From NCBI GenBank assembly GCA_951406725.2, contig OX597818.1, forward strand, positions 131,874,001 through 131,938,000: a DNA stretch of 64,000 nucleotides, in the 5' to 3' direction. The position numbers and the translations under genes were made by a program. Positions 40,971-54,147 of this stretch are shown piece by piece. Position 1 is the first letter of the stretch; each line of letters opens with the position of its first letter. The DNA comes from Octopus vulgaris (lineage: Eukaryota). Under the pieces are notes generated by a model. It was not told the origin of the DNA. It worked only from the letters and a program-made list of their open reading frames with translations, and searched no databases.

Positions 40971-42944
40971 TGTAAATTTCATTGTTGTTTTCGCAGGTTG
41001 AGTAACCATGTAGAGGCTCACTCACACAATATTAAACAAATGTAACTGACCACAATTATCTTAATGGAATTAAGATTAAGAATATGCAAAAATATCAAAC
41101 TTATTGAGAAATCAAATCATTAAAAAAGATAAAAATTACATAAAGTATGACCATGTGATTTACATGCAAAAATTTCATACAAGTAAAAAAGAACAACAAA
41201 AAGATCTTCTTGGAAAGTATTTTATTCTGATAAAGCATACCATTCAAATTCTCTTCGTAAATAATTATATTAAGCATTTCTCTCACAAATAAATGATTTT
41301 AAAGTATTTTACTGCTTCCACTCCCCAAAGAAAATTTCCCTAATAAAGACAATTGTTTTAGAGATATCAAATTAGCATATAAATAAATGTTGATATATCT
41401 TACAGGCATTCGTTTCATATATTTGAAAATACAGCTTTAATACAAAGGATTTAAAAATTATTTAACTGAGTACAAAAATTTAATTATTGCTTCTAATTAT
41501 ATTTCTGCATAAATTTTGAATTGATCAAACTTATTTCTGACAAGCTTTATGAAAATAATTTAAATAGGCCAATTAGATAAGTGCTTGTTTAAAATAAGAT
41601 TATAGGAATATATTTTATAAAATATACATAGCCTATGTGGAAAATATAAGCAATAAATAAACTGAAATACTGTAAACAACAAACTAATAATTTCTTTATT
41701 ATGTTCAAACTCAGTTTGAAGGGAAGAGCATTAAGTAACTGGATTTCAAAATGAGTGTGTGTGTGAGAGAGAGAGGGTGGCATTTGAAAGAAGGTATAAT
41801 TGAGTATGTGGGCACAAAACTTGAAGCAGAGAGAAAATATTAGCAGTGTGATAGAAACAAAAGAACAAAATTTGTCAGTCTTTCAGTAAAAGATTTGCTT
41901 CTAATAATATTATGATAACTAGTAATAGATGTTAGCAAAATCAAAATATTTTGGTATATGTTGTAGCAAAATGTGTGTGGTAAAAAAATAAAAGAACAAC
42001 AAATGTCATTGGTTAGTTCTTCAACATTAGGCCTTTCATAATAATTCATGAAGGAAATGTTAGTTGCAACTTAGTTCTAGTAGGTTCTGATCAAACTTAT
42101 TTATAAGATGCACATAGTTGGCCAAATGCCTAGGTGTGAGATACTATTGTTCAAGATATGCCATGTGTCCACCTAGTCAACATGCAGTGATGAATCAATA
42201 AGTGCAGTATGGCATTCTTGACAGTTTATTCTCTCCACTGTATAATTCAAATTCTGGTGGTGGCCACAGAAAATGTATGTCAGCTGATAGATCTCAGCAG
42301 TTGTTGTTCCTCTGCACGTATTGGCAGTGGTGTGCATCCCAGAACAATGATGATTGGTGGGTTGACTAATGAGACTGCTGATGCAGCAGCTACTATTGTG
42401 TTCTACAGTTTGTTTGTCTTAGCTGAATAAATGAAAGAGGGTTTTTTTTAGGTATTGTAATAGCATTGTGGGGGTGGGGTGAAGTGATAAGCTTTTGGAT
42501 GTGTGGAAGTAATTTCTTTCTCACCTCCACCAGAACCGATACTACCAGCAAAAGAAAGCTATCTGGATTGTTAGCAAGAATTTACACTCCAACATCAAGC
42601 CTATGCATATACTGATTCTTATATACTGATACTACAGTGGCATATACTCTTCAGTGTAATCCAGTTACATACCACTGCCACTTATGTGAATCCAACACAC
42701 CTGCAGCATGTTACCCATTTTGTGTCAGACCTCATAGTACAACCATCACACACAATCTTTTCTTCCAAGGTCAACCCACTATAATTTCATTTTACCCATA
42801 TTTTTTTTTATGCGGAACTCAATTTCAAGCTGAACATCAACTGCTTCATCTCACCATTCTTGGATAGTCTATGAAAGTCATAAGTACAGTTCTGTAAACC
42901 TGACTAAATCTATACCACAATAAAAAAAAAAATTAAAAAAAAGG

Positions 42945-43353
42945 TTACTCTATTACTCTATTACTTGTTTCAGTCATTTGACTGCGGCCATGCTGGAGCA
43001 CCGCCTTTAATCGAGCAACTCGACCCCAGGACTTATTCTTTTGTAAGCCCAGTACTTATTCTATCGGTCTCTTTTGCCGAACCGCTAAGTAACGGGGACA
43101 TAAACACACCAGCATCGGCTGTCAAGCAATGCTAGGGAGACAAACACAGACACACAAACATAGACACGCATACATATATATACATATATACGACGGGCTT
43201 GTTTCAGTTTCCGTCTACCAAATCCACTCACAAGGCTTTGGTCAGCACGAGGCTATAGTAGAAAACACTTGCCCAAGGTGCCACGCAGTGGGAATGAACC
43301 CGGAACCATGTGGTTGGTAAACAAGCTACTTACCACACAGCCATGCCTGCGCC
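42945..43353 (-). mobile_element. SINE family A, full length, inverted
   Basis: Reverse complement of family A. Confidence 0.93.
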
Positions 43354-43465
43354 TTTGTTGTGTAGGTATGGCCAAAAGAATGAGCAACAAGATAGACTAC
43401 TGTGACATCATATTCAGAAAATTACAAATTATGGACAATCTCTAAAATGAAAATAAAGATATATT

Positions 43466-43533
43466 TATACAAAAATCTATTTCACAGAAATTTAAATTTT
43501 GTATACAAAAATCTATTTCGCAAAAGTTTAAAA
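43466..43533. repeat. ~36-bp imperfect tandem duplication
   Basis: TATACAAAAATCTATTTC(A/G)CA occurs twice. Confidence 0.75.
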
Positions 43534-43572
43534 CATGCTATAACAGTAATGCTAAGAGGTATACAAACACTA

Positions 43573-43802
43573 GGCGGCGAGCTGGCAGAAACGTTAGCAC
43601 GCCGGGTGAAATGCTTGGCGGTATTTCATCTGCGTTACGTTGTGAGTTCAAATTCCGCCGAGGTCGACTTTGCCTTTCATCCTTTCGGGGTCGATAAATT
43701 AAGTACCAGTTACGCACTGGGGTCGATGTAATCGACTTAATACCTATGTCTGTCCTTGTTTGTCCCCTCTGTGTTTAGCCCCTTGTGGGTAATAAAGAAA
43801 TA
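43573..43802 (+). mobile_element. SINE family B, full length, tail 1, with ~16-bp TSD
   Basis: GGCGGCGAGCTGGCAGAA head, B-box and Meta-like core. AGGTATACA(A/T)ACACTA occurs on both flanks. Confidence 0.93.
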
Positions 43803-46675
43803 GGTATACATACACTAGGCTTCTTATAAGAAGCTCAAAACCCCACATGGTAAGAGTACAAAAGTAAAGAGATTTATGGGCACATCCCACCCATCTTTAC
43901 TGTTGTTGCTCAATGCAGAGTAGGCTTAGCTTCTCACTGTTATCATACTGAACACTAAGCTATATCAAATGCTATATTTTGGAAACTTCTGCACCCTAAT
44001 AATGAAGACCATTCAACTACATTAATGTTATTGGCAGAGACAACAGACAACATAAAACTGTGGGCTTATTAAAGCTAAATGAGGACAGAGATTCGTGGTA
44101 CAGTGTGGTGAAATTGCCTTTCAGCTGTAGTCACTTAAAAAGAAGAATGTTAAAAGAAAGAATTAAATTACAGAATTATTTCTGTCATATAACTTAAGCA
44201 ATTTAAGGAATTATTCTATAAAAATAATCATACAAGTAAAAAGAATCAAAAGCAATCTGAAATAGTTCTAAACATTAAAAGTTAAAATTTGAATGAGAAA
44301 CTAACAGTTAAATTTCACTTGATAGTGTTGAATATGCAATCAATTTTAAGATATCAACTCATGGAAAATATCTACAATATTTGATATAATATAAAACATT
44401 TCAGAAATTCCAAATCATATAGAAGTTCTAAATATGTTCAGTAATAAATATATTTATATATAATGAAAAGTCAGCCTATTCATAAGTGCTCAATATTAAA
44501 AATAAAAGATACCTATATTCCAACCATTAAAATATTTCAAGACAGTCTCAGAACATTTGATTGTATATGTGGGTCAAAACTCATTTAAATCCTTAAGGCC
44601 TATTTTATATTGATTTTGACTTATATTTTGGACCAAAGAAATTAATAACAGAAAACATGAAAATAGTGAAGATTCCTTTACTTAATATGCCAAGCATATT
44701 GATATATTGTTTATACATACTTATTTTTTGACAGTACCTGTACCACAAAGAAAATATTTTCTTTAAAATCTAGGAAATGAAAGGGAATCTTTGTTCTGTA
44801 ACAAATATAATTTATAGAAAGAATGATTTCAAACCTCGTCTGACAAAGCAATTTCCTTTCTTTACAAATACATCATTTTCCCACTTTTTGTGATCAATAA
44901 AGACATGCAACAAAATTTCAAGGTTTTTACCAAGAAAATAAAAGAAATATTTTATTATTGAGATGTATAGTTTGCATATGATAAAGTGTGATAACTTAGG
45001 GCAAGGAAACAAGTTCTTGCAGGTAGTAGAGTCATGTCAAAATCTATGATTTCTCATTTCCTGGTAAGTTAACAAACAGTATAAAAAGAAAATGAAAATT
45101 TTAAAATATTCCTTGATAACGAAAATGCTCTCAAATAATAATAGATCTGAAGATTGAAAAATTGCATCAATAAAATAAAATTAGTGGACAATGCTTTCAA
45201 AGAACTTTTAGCTATATCAATATTCTTTTCTGTAGACAAAATATAAACACTAAAAATAAAACAAGGAAACAATCTGTCATTAAAGTGTTTACTGCATAAA
45301 AATGTTAAAACAAAAGAAAATACTTTTCCCTACATTACACAATAGAATATTTTCAAGCAAATATCCTTCTTGACAGTGAAGGCAATTATTTGTATTTATG
45401 GCTTTTCAGCAATACATTAAACACTTAATAATAAATAATAAAAAAAAAAAATCAAAATAGAATTTAAGAAACAAAAGCTAAGATTTAAACAGATATTTTA
45501 TTGAATATGGATTGATCAATCATGCTTATGTTTATTTAAAAAATATCAATATTTGTTGCATCAATTTTTCCACAGTCAGACATTAATATTCATTATCCAT
45601 CTATTCTAAACTTTTTTTTTTTAAATGACAGTATGTAGATATACAAGTATGAATACATAAATATAGATGATTAAGTGTGAAAAATGCAAAAATACATATC
45701 TTAATGAGTTACTTACATATCAGAAAACAGATGGCATAAAGAATGCTAAAATATTTCAATAGAAAGTCTCAGCAAAATAGTTAATTTCAAAAGATGACGT
45801 CTATCACTTATCAAGAAGAATACTGTCTTTATCTATACAAAAGATTATAATATAAAAGCTACTAAACAGAATTACAGCATTTACCATGTTCTTTATTAAA
45901 CAAGTTAGAAGAAACATTCTAACAAATTTATAACTAACATATTTTCAAAGGAGGTTTGTTTTGCTTTTTTTTTTTTTGGTTTTTGAGGCAATAAAAAGTT
46001 ACTTGTAAAACATTTTAATAGTGGCAATTTAACTAAATAACAATCTTGAGACGTTCTGTTAAAGAAACTTTTGACAGGAGAACAATCAACTGAAGATGTT
46101 ATCATTTTCTTAATGGTCATTACAAAAGAAAAGATAAATTGAAGTATTTTACCCTCTTAATTTCCTTATGCTATTGAATTCAAACCTGTTGCCGTGTAAC
46201 AGCATGTATATTTTTTTAGAATTATTTAGAGTGCAAATGATTTTAAATCTGATCATTACAATTAATACTACTTCCTAACGAATGAAGTGAAAGGATAATA
46301 AAAATATATTTATGAATATTTGTATTAGATATTTGTACAATTTACTATCTAAAAATATGTTGTTGGGACATATGAAAGAGGATCGTTTTTAAAAGATATA
46401 TAGAATAACAATGCAGAATTATTGTGATTAATAATTTATCCCCCTTATTAACTTCATTTTTTTAACAATTTTGTGTTATCATAATTCAACATTCATTTTT
46501 ATATCTGTATATTTTGGGGGATCTTTTTGTGGGGGAGGGTTCTCCTTTTATATTCAGCTTACATTAACATTACCTATTCACTCCTGATCATTTTGATATG
46601 AAAGCATTATGCAAATATATCTCATCACTGCTTTACATTTATTTCACTTTATTTCTAAATTTTTGTCTTTATATA

Positions 46676-47955
46676 CAGGGGTTGGACAAAATAATGGAAA
46701 CACCTAGCATCATAGCATCATCATTTTGAAATATCTATAAAACCTTTAAAAGCTTGTTTATTTTTATGTTTTTTGATCTACTATTAGTGTTGCTTAGTAT
46801 GTTTTGCGAAAATTACTGTTTCTTTTCATATATCATCAGAAAAAGGTAATTAAAATTCATTAAAATGACAGATCTATCAGACTTTCAAAGAGGTCAAATT
46901 GTTGGTGCTTGTATGCAGGTGCTAGCATAACGAAAACAACCAAAATGTTTGATCTATCAAGTAGTACTGTCTTGAAAGTAATGACAGCCTTTGAGAAAGA
47001 GAGAAAAACCTCCACATTGAAGCATAACTCCGGAAGAAAATCAAAACTTTCAGATAGGGACTGTCGGACTCTAATCTGAATTGTTAGAAAGGATCACAGA
47101 AGTACAGGTCTCAAAATTACTGCAGAGCTTAATGACCACCTCAAGAACCCAGTTTCCACAAAAACTGTTCACCAGGAGTTGTACAAAGCAAGATTTCACG
47201 GGAGGGGGGGGCTGCAATCAGAAAATCACTACTTACGAAAACAAGCATTGCAAAGCATTTAGAGTAGAGTAAAAATCTACAGAATTGGTCCCTAGAGCAG
47301 TGAAAGAATGTTATTTTCTTGGAAGAGTCATCCCTTACCTTATTTTTGACCACAGGCGAATATACATGTGGAGATAGCCAAAAAAAGCATTTAACACAGA
47401 CTACCTTATTCCAACTGTTAAACATGGAGGAGGATCTGTGATGATCTGGGGGGGGGGGCTATATCTTAGAAATCCACCAGCCAAATGGTTTCCCTTCATG
47501 GCAGAATTAATAGTCAAGACTGTTTAAGCATTTTATCTGATCAAATTCCTCCTATGGCTGCAGAACAGTTTCCAAAGGGAAACGCAATCATTCAGGATGA
47601 TAATGCACCAATTCACACAGCTAAAGTTGTTACTGAATGGCATGAGGAACTTTCTAGTGTAGTTGAACATCGTATCTGGCCACCACAGTCCCCACATCTC
47701 AATATTATTGAACATTTATCGTGCATTTTAGAAAAACAAGTAAGGAGTCAATATCCTCCACCATCATCACTACAAGAACTGGAGACTGTTTTAGCTAAAG
47801 AATGGACATAAATTCCTTTGGAAACAACTCAAGCTTTGTACAAGTCCATACCTCATAGAATTCAAGCTGTAATTACTGCCAAAGGCAGTCCTACCCCATA
47901 TTAAAATAAATTTGTTTGAAATTTTAAGGTGTTTCCATTATTTTGTCCAACCCTA
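46676..47955 (+). mobile_element. near full-length Tc1-like transposon with DD36E spacing
   Basis: About 27-bp matching TIRs (GGGTTGGACAAAATAATGGAAACACCT) with a 5' TA. Element length ~1.28 kb. Confidence 0.95.
46865..47904 (+). pseudogene. Tc1-like transposase pseudogene (~345 codons, frameshifts and stops)
   Basis: Peptides MTDLSDFQRGQIVGA, NSGRKSKLSDRD, PTVKHGGGSVMIWG, IQDDNAPIHTAK, WPPQSPHLNIIEHL and IPHRIQAVITAKGSPTPY*. Confidence 0.92.
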
Positions 47956-50460
47956 TCTCTCAACTTTCAAATTTTATCAAAAACATTTTTTTTTAGATCA
48001 GCTGAGTCAAACATTCTAATTCCAAATAAGAAATAAGATCTTCTCCAACATGGTAGTTTTAAAAAAATGATTTTTGTGAAAGTGCTATAAATTAGTGATG
48101 TATATAGAACATGAAGAACTTTGTACAATCAATCAAAAGAATTACCAAACATGAGAGGATTGTGCTTCCTAAGATAGATCAGGATTAAGGCAAGAGTAAA
48201 ATCAAATGCTAAACGGTTAGAACCAATGAGGATGACAATGACTTTTATTCAAGGAACTTAATTACTTTATCAAAAATATATACATATAAGCACAAACATA
48301 ATGCCACACTCAATTATTTGGAAAAGAAACAATCTAGCATGATGAATTCAAATAACTTTTGTCAATATCAATCACTCAACCATTCAAAATATTCAATTAT
48401 TTAATTACAAGGATAAATTTCAACTAACTTTTTCTGACACCTAAACAAAACAGGTCAAAGAAAAAGCAATTGAAATTGCGTTGCTAATAATAAATGTAAA
48501 TACAAACTCCATCACTTTCAATACAAACATTATTTCACTACAGTTTCTCATATATAAGGATTCTTAAAATACTCCAATCAAATTTAAATGGCTAATAGAA
48601 GTGACAATAAGAGTTACTTGTTTATAAAAGTAGTGATGTTCCTTACATCATCATCATCCAGTATCATATAAACTACAGCTGATGGTATAAGTCCCTTTTA
48701 AACTAATTAAAGGAACTATATCACAACAATTTAAAGATTATCTATCATTGAAGGAAAGAAAAAGATGAAACAAATTTAGCATTCCAACAGACTCTGCAAT
48801 ATGGTAAGATATTTAAGTTATGGATAAGGAAAATCAAATATTTCCCAACAACCTTTTCCAACCTTAACCTTAACAGTCTAGAGCTTTTGTTTTTAGTTGA
48901 TCATTCAACTTTTGAAAATGCTAGAAGCTTGTGTAAAGCCACTGAGTAAAACATACATGAAATACCTTGTGTGTGCACAATTTAAAAAGCTCAACAGAAA
49001 CATGGATTAAAGTTTTTCAGAAAAAGATTATATTTGCTCATAATTGTTATTTTTTAATGCATAACAGATGAAAAATATAAATCATCAAATATAAGAAATT
49101 ATTTTATGCATAGAATATATTAACAGGACCAGACTATCAGAGAATAAAACTTTAATACTGAGTGGTGACAGGTAAGGTCTTTGGAACAAATTGACTAAAG
49201 CAAAACTGCATCAAATGTTTTCTACATCTGTGGGATCTTATATCAAGGAAAGTTTAAATGATTAATTAAAACAATCTTCCACATTAAATCTAAAAACTTA
49301 TAGAAAGTACTTTCTCTTTGCCAACTTAAATATTCATCTTCATATCCAAATACCAGCCAAAATTGATGTTTATCAACAGTGTTAAAAGTTAGTACACTAG
49401 GCTATTGTAAGCCAGTCTGGCAGTAGAATCTCTTGTATAATAATGCTGATGATAGTTACTGACAAGTTAGTTCAAATTCTCATACAGAATCAGAAAATTT
49501 CTTTCAAGAATATTAGCTAATCAATTTAGTAGGAAATATATCTAAATGGGTACAGGGTCCACAGTTAATTCCAAACTAGCAGCAAAAATAAATGGAAACT
49601 GTAATTTTTTTCAAAGATAAATTAGATTATATAAAAGTGTAAAAGTTTCTATTCTTCCAGTTAGAGCTGATGTAATTCCCAATACACAATTTTTATGGAA
49701 GAACATAAAGAAATTATAGTTACATATTCTTTTCAGTTTGTGATCTTAACTCTGAGTGATTGGAAAACCCATTAAACATGTTGAGAAAAAAAAAATCACT
49801 AAACCAAATCTTGCTGATACAATGTAAAAAGATTTACAGAATCCAAATTTTTAAAACTTTCATGAGAAGATATCAAACCTAGTAATTCACAATGGTATAT
49901 GCAGGCTTTGATTGTTACCAACAATTCTGGGAAGAAAAGACTTGTATTAGATTTCTCTCAAACTATTAACCATTTCACAGTGTGATGTTTATTTAGTTCC
50001 CTGCACAAATAAGCTACTCAATGATATAACCAGAGACAAATATTGCTGCAAAACCAATGTAAGTAATACTTTCAAATCAGCATACTACCAGTGGAAAGAC
50101 TATGCATATCTTTCCAATCAGCTTGGGGAATATATCAATCTCCTTGAGTGCCTTCAAGCATTAGAAATATGGATTATTATCAGGTAAAATAATCCATATA
50201 TGAATGGGAACCTTTTAAATTATTTTTTTATTACTATATTCATTGACAGTTAGTAGAAACAGTGATACATTTTGTAATGCTCATAGACTCAAGAACAATC
50301 AGAGTACAATATCAATATGATTTAACATTTATTAAGTTCTTAAGTTAAATAATTTTGCATAAGGATTATGTCCTGATCTAAAATATCTTCAACTTTTTGA
50401 TGAACTATTTAGCTATCTATATTTTAAAATACTAAAGAAATACAAACACTTAGGTTTTTA

Positions 50461-51032
50461 CAGGTATGTGAACTCTTATACTTTGAAAAAAATGTGCCAT
50501 TAGTCAGTACATATTTCCCTCTATCCGAAAATGCTATAAGATACAAAAATTATATTAAAAGGTATATTAAATGGGTAGCTGTAGTTGCTATCAATAATGA
50601 TTTACCTGTTACTATTGAACTAGAGGATACTATTACTAGAACATTATCACAAGGTATTAGAGTGGTGGGTTTTTTTCTTCTTATAGTCCTAAAATGTTTT
50701 TTTTATCAAATTGCTAAAAAAAAAAAATACAGCAAGTCTAGCAGTTATGAGAAAATAGAATCATTTCTTCACAAAACATTTTAATCTGGTAATAGATCAA
50801 ACATGTTTCATTCTTGGTTTGACAATTAAAACTGAGAAAAAATTATGAGTTATAAAACCTTTCACTTAAGGTGCCACACATTCTCATTGTGTGGCATCTT
50901 AAGTGATTTTTACAGTAGACAGACATTAAGGGTAAATGTGCATCAGCTAGACTATTCCTGTAATTCAGAGGTCCAATTTGTCATACTCAGTATTGCACAA
51001 CCTAATTAGTATGATAAGAGTTCACATACCTG
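50461..51032. mobile_element. putative non-autonomous TIR element (572 bp, TA-flanked)
   Basis: Perfect inverted pair TTTTA|CAGGTATGTGAACTCTTAT ... ATAAGAGTTCACATACCTG|TAAAA. Confidence 0.6.
50862..50906. other. 19-bp stem / 7-nt loop hairpin
   Basis: TCACTTAAGGTGCCACACA-TTCTCAT-TGTGTGGCATCTTAAGTGA, with one G:U pair on the plus strand. Confidence 0.85.
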
Positions 51033-51410
51033 TAAAATACTCAGTCACAAATTCAATGAGTAGGCTGTGTGAGCTGATTGAACAATTAGAATACTTTTTG
51101 GTTTGTATTATGTGCAAGCTTTTATTAACATGAGTGCATTTGATATGCAACTGTACATTGCAAGATTAAAATTAGAGAAAGTACATTCAACCTTCATTTA
51201 CAATTTTCCATTCAATATCATATAGCTTGTTAGAAAAGGAAAATGGACATTTCATGGAACAAAATATCAAGTGTCTAGTCTTGTGCTGAAATTTGATAAA
51301 TGTTATGATGTAGCTAATAAATTATAGAACTATTATATATTCAGAAACATGGTCAATTTGCTAAATATAGTAAATATTGACTGGTTTGTATTCATCAGTT
51401 TGAATCTTAC

Positions 51411-51495
51411 CTAAGGTGATATAGGATCTCAAATATCTGGTCAATAAAATAGGCACTGATAGCAAATATGTCCGAAAGACTGGTCAACATGCAAT
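51411..51495 (-). CDS. candidate 85-nt internal exon, product unknown
   Basis: Minus strand TTTACAG|ATTGC...CTTAG|GTAAGA. One open frame, (D)CMLTSLSDIFAISAYFIDQIFEILYHL(R/S), with higher GC than the flanks. The polypyrimidine tract is weak. Confidence 0.3.
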
Positions 51496-52494
51496 CTGTA
51501 AACTTTATTAAAACATTATATTTTGAGTTGTTGAAGTAAATAAATGATTTGGAAGGAGATACTGTGATACTCAATAATGTTTTAATACAAACAAGCACTT
51601 CTTTTCAAACAATGTGCTTTCATAAAATCATGGAAAAAAATAAAATAGAATTAAAAAAATAATAATGATCTGAACAATAAGGAAGAAACAATAGTCCATA
51701 CAAGTATTTAATTACATGCAAAAATAGTTGAAAATATTTTCTACTTGTATATCATTTTGTTTTCTTTCAATTCTGCAGAATTCTTAGTAATCAAACTATT
51801 TTAATGAAATATCTCAATGGTATATAAGAAATTTACTGTCACTGTGGCAAATTTCTTATATATATTTTAGTTATTTTATTTTAAAAAATTTGTTTGATAA
51901 ATAATTTATCAAACAGAATTTACATTTCAGAATGCATTATAAATTAATTTTGGCAGTAGCAAGAATCTATTTTAAAATTAAAAGTATGAAATGATATGGT
52001 CCTGGTCAAATAATTAGAATTAGAAATTAAATATATATTTTAAAATCTATGTATATTTTAAGACTGGGTTCAATATTAACACCATTATTTATCATTCCAA
52101 ATAAGTTTCCATGATAATAATCAGAGCTAAAATTATTTATATATTCATTTTAAATTTACATTAGAATTTAAAAATTCAAAAACATGGATTTAGAGCTTTT
52201 GTCATCCTATCAACCAAAAGACACTTAACATTTGTTAATTCAACCCATTCTCTGTAAATAAGTGAAGTTTGGATTACCTACAATAAATAACAATAGCATT
52301 AACATGATTCTCATTAAACGGTAGAATGAACTTAAATCACTAATTGTGCATGCACTTCTATAAAGATGATGTTATCTGTTATGTTCCAATGCTTTATAGG
52401 ACCCTCCATCCCATCAAAGCTTGGCTTCCAATCAAGTTAGAAGAGCTGTAAGTCACAACATACATTTTTATAGTTATTTGTATGAATAAATGTA

Positions 52495-52898
52495 GGCGTA
52501 GGAGTGGCTGTGTGGTAAGTAGCTTGCTTACCAACTACATGGTTCCGGGTTCATTACCACTGAGTGGCACCTTGGGTAAGTGTCTTCTACTATAGCCTCG
52601 GGCCGACCAAAGCCTTGTGAGAAGATATGGTAGACGGAAACTGAAAGAAGCCCGTCGTATGTATGTATATATGTGTGTGCATGTTTGTGTGTCTGTGTTT
52701 GTCCCCCCAACATCGCTTGACAACCGATGCTGGTGTGTTTATGTCCCCGTAACTTAGTGGTTCGGCAAAACGGGACAGATAAAATAAGTACTAGGCTTAC
52801 AAAGAATAAGTCCTGGGGTCGATTTGCTCGACTAAAAGGTGGTGCTCCAGCATGGCCACAGTCAAATGACTGAAACAAGTAAAAGAGTAAAAGAGTAT
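52495..52898 (+). mobile_element. SINE family A
   Basis: Same structure as 846-1246. Confidence 0.92.
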
Positions 52899-53605
52899 AC
52901 ATTTATTTGTTGACATCATTGTTGCTATGCCTTTTCAGCAAATCATTCTGAATAGATCTTGCCTTCAATACGTACAGTAACTGCAACAAAATTACATTTT
53001 GAATACTATGCTTTTTGATTTCTAATATGTTAATAAAAAATCATTCAACATGAAGACCGATATATCTTAAATATCTTGTAACCACTACATTTCCAACAAC
53101 TTCAATTTGACAGCACTATTCCCATACTAGTTGCATTTTGCAATGTTTGCAAAAGTAAGATGGTTTATTTGTGGAGCAATTGTTTTTGCAGTTATGTCAT
53201 TTTACAACAGTAAAAAGGGTTTCTTTTTGCTTGTCTTTTCATTACACAGTCATACAAATAGAAATAAGAGTTAAGTATATCGTTTACTTCTTCAGGGGTT
53301 ACAGTTTAATAGCTGAAATAACATCTGAAATTATGGAAATGGCACCACATTTTCACAACTACTATAGTAAAACAATCTATCAACAAGATAGAGAAAACAA
53401 AATAGAAACTGAATATTCCCACTATCAATTACTCCCACTATCAATTCTTATGGTCCAGAATCTGATAGGTGTGCACGCTCAATAGCATGTCACAAAAACT
53501 AACATGCACGTCTGATTGCCAACTCACCTGATGAGTTCTTCTGACCAACAAGAAATAAGAGCCCACAAAAACATAAGGAATCTAACTAGAGTTTATTCTT
53601 ATACA

Positions 53606-54007
53606 CAGGAGTGGCTATGTGGTAAGTAGCTTGCTAACCAACCACATGGTTCTGGGTTCAGTCCCACTGCGTGACATCTTGGGCAAGTGTCTTCTGCTAT
53701 AGCCCCGGGCCGACCAATGCCTTGTGAGTGGATTTGGTAGACGGAAACTGAAAGAAGCCTGTCGTATATATGTATATATATATGTGTGTATGTGTTTGTG
53801 TGTCTGTGTTTGTCCCCCTAGCATTGCTTGACAACCGATGCTGGTGTGTTTACGTCCCCGTCACTTAGCAGTTCGGCATAAGAGACTGATAGAATAAGTA
53901 CTGGGCTTACAAAGAATAAGTCCCGGGGTCGATTTGCTCGACTAAAGGCGGTGCTCCAGCATGGCCGCAGTCAAATGACTGAAACAAGTAAAAGAGAGTA
54001 AAGAGTA
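53606..54007 (+). mobile_element. SINE family A
   Basis: Same structure as 846-1246. Confidence 0.92.
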
Positions 54008-54147
54008 TAACTATCTTACTGTCATTCTTTAAGACATTGACAACCAACTTACAATTAGTCATGTTCACCTTATTTTCAAGCATTTTATACAACTTAACAT
54101 TTATTAAATTTTCTTCCACTATATAACTGTCATAAATGGCTGAATAA

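Noticed and set aside
42120-42880. GC-richer unique-looking segment with short ORFs
   Set aside because: No recognisable motifs or splice signals; probably an ancient repeat relic (similar patches at ~2000-2350, 39180-39420 and 43810-44120).
50980-51018. TATTGCAC (miR-92-like seed) within a 10-bp stem
   Set aside because: The seed lies in the loop, the rest does not match miR-92, and it overlaps a TIR.
53520-53570. CTGATGAG followed by a possible stem (hammerhead ribozyme-like)
   Set aside because: No correctly placed GAAA core and no stems I/III.
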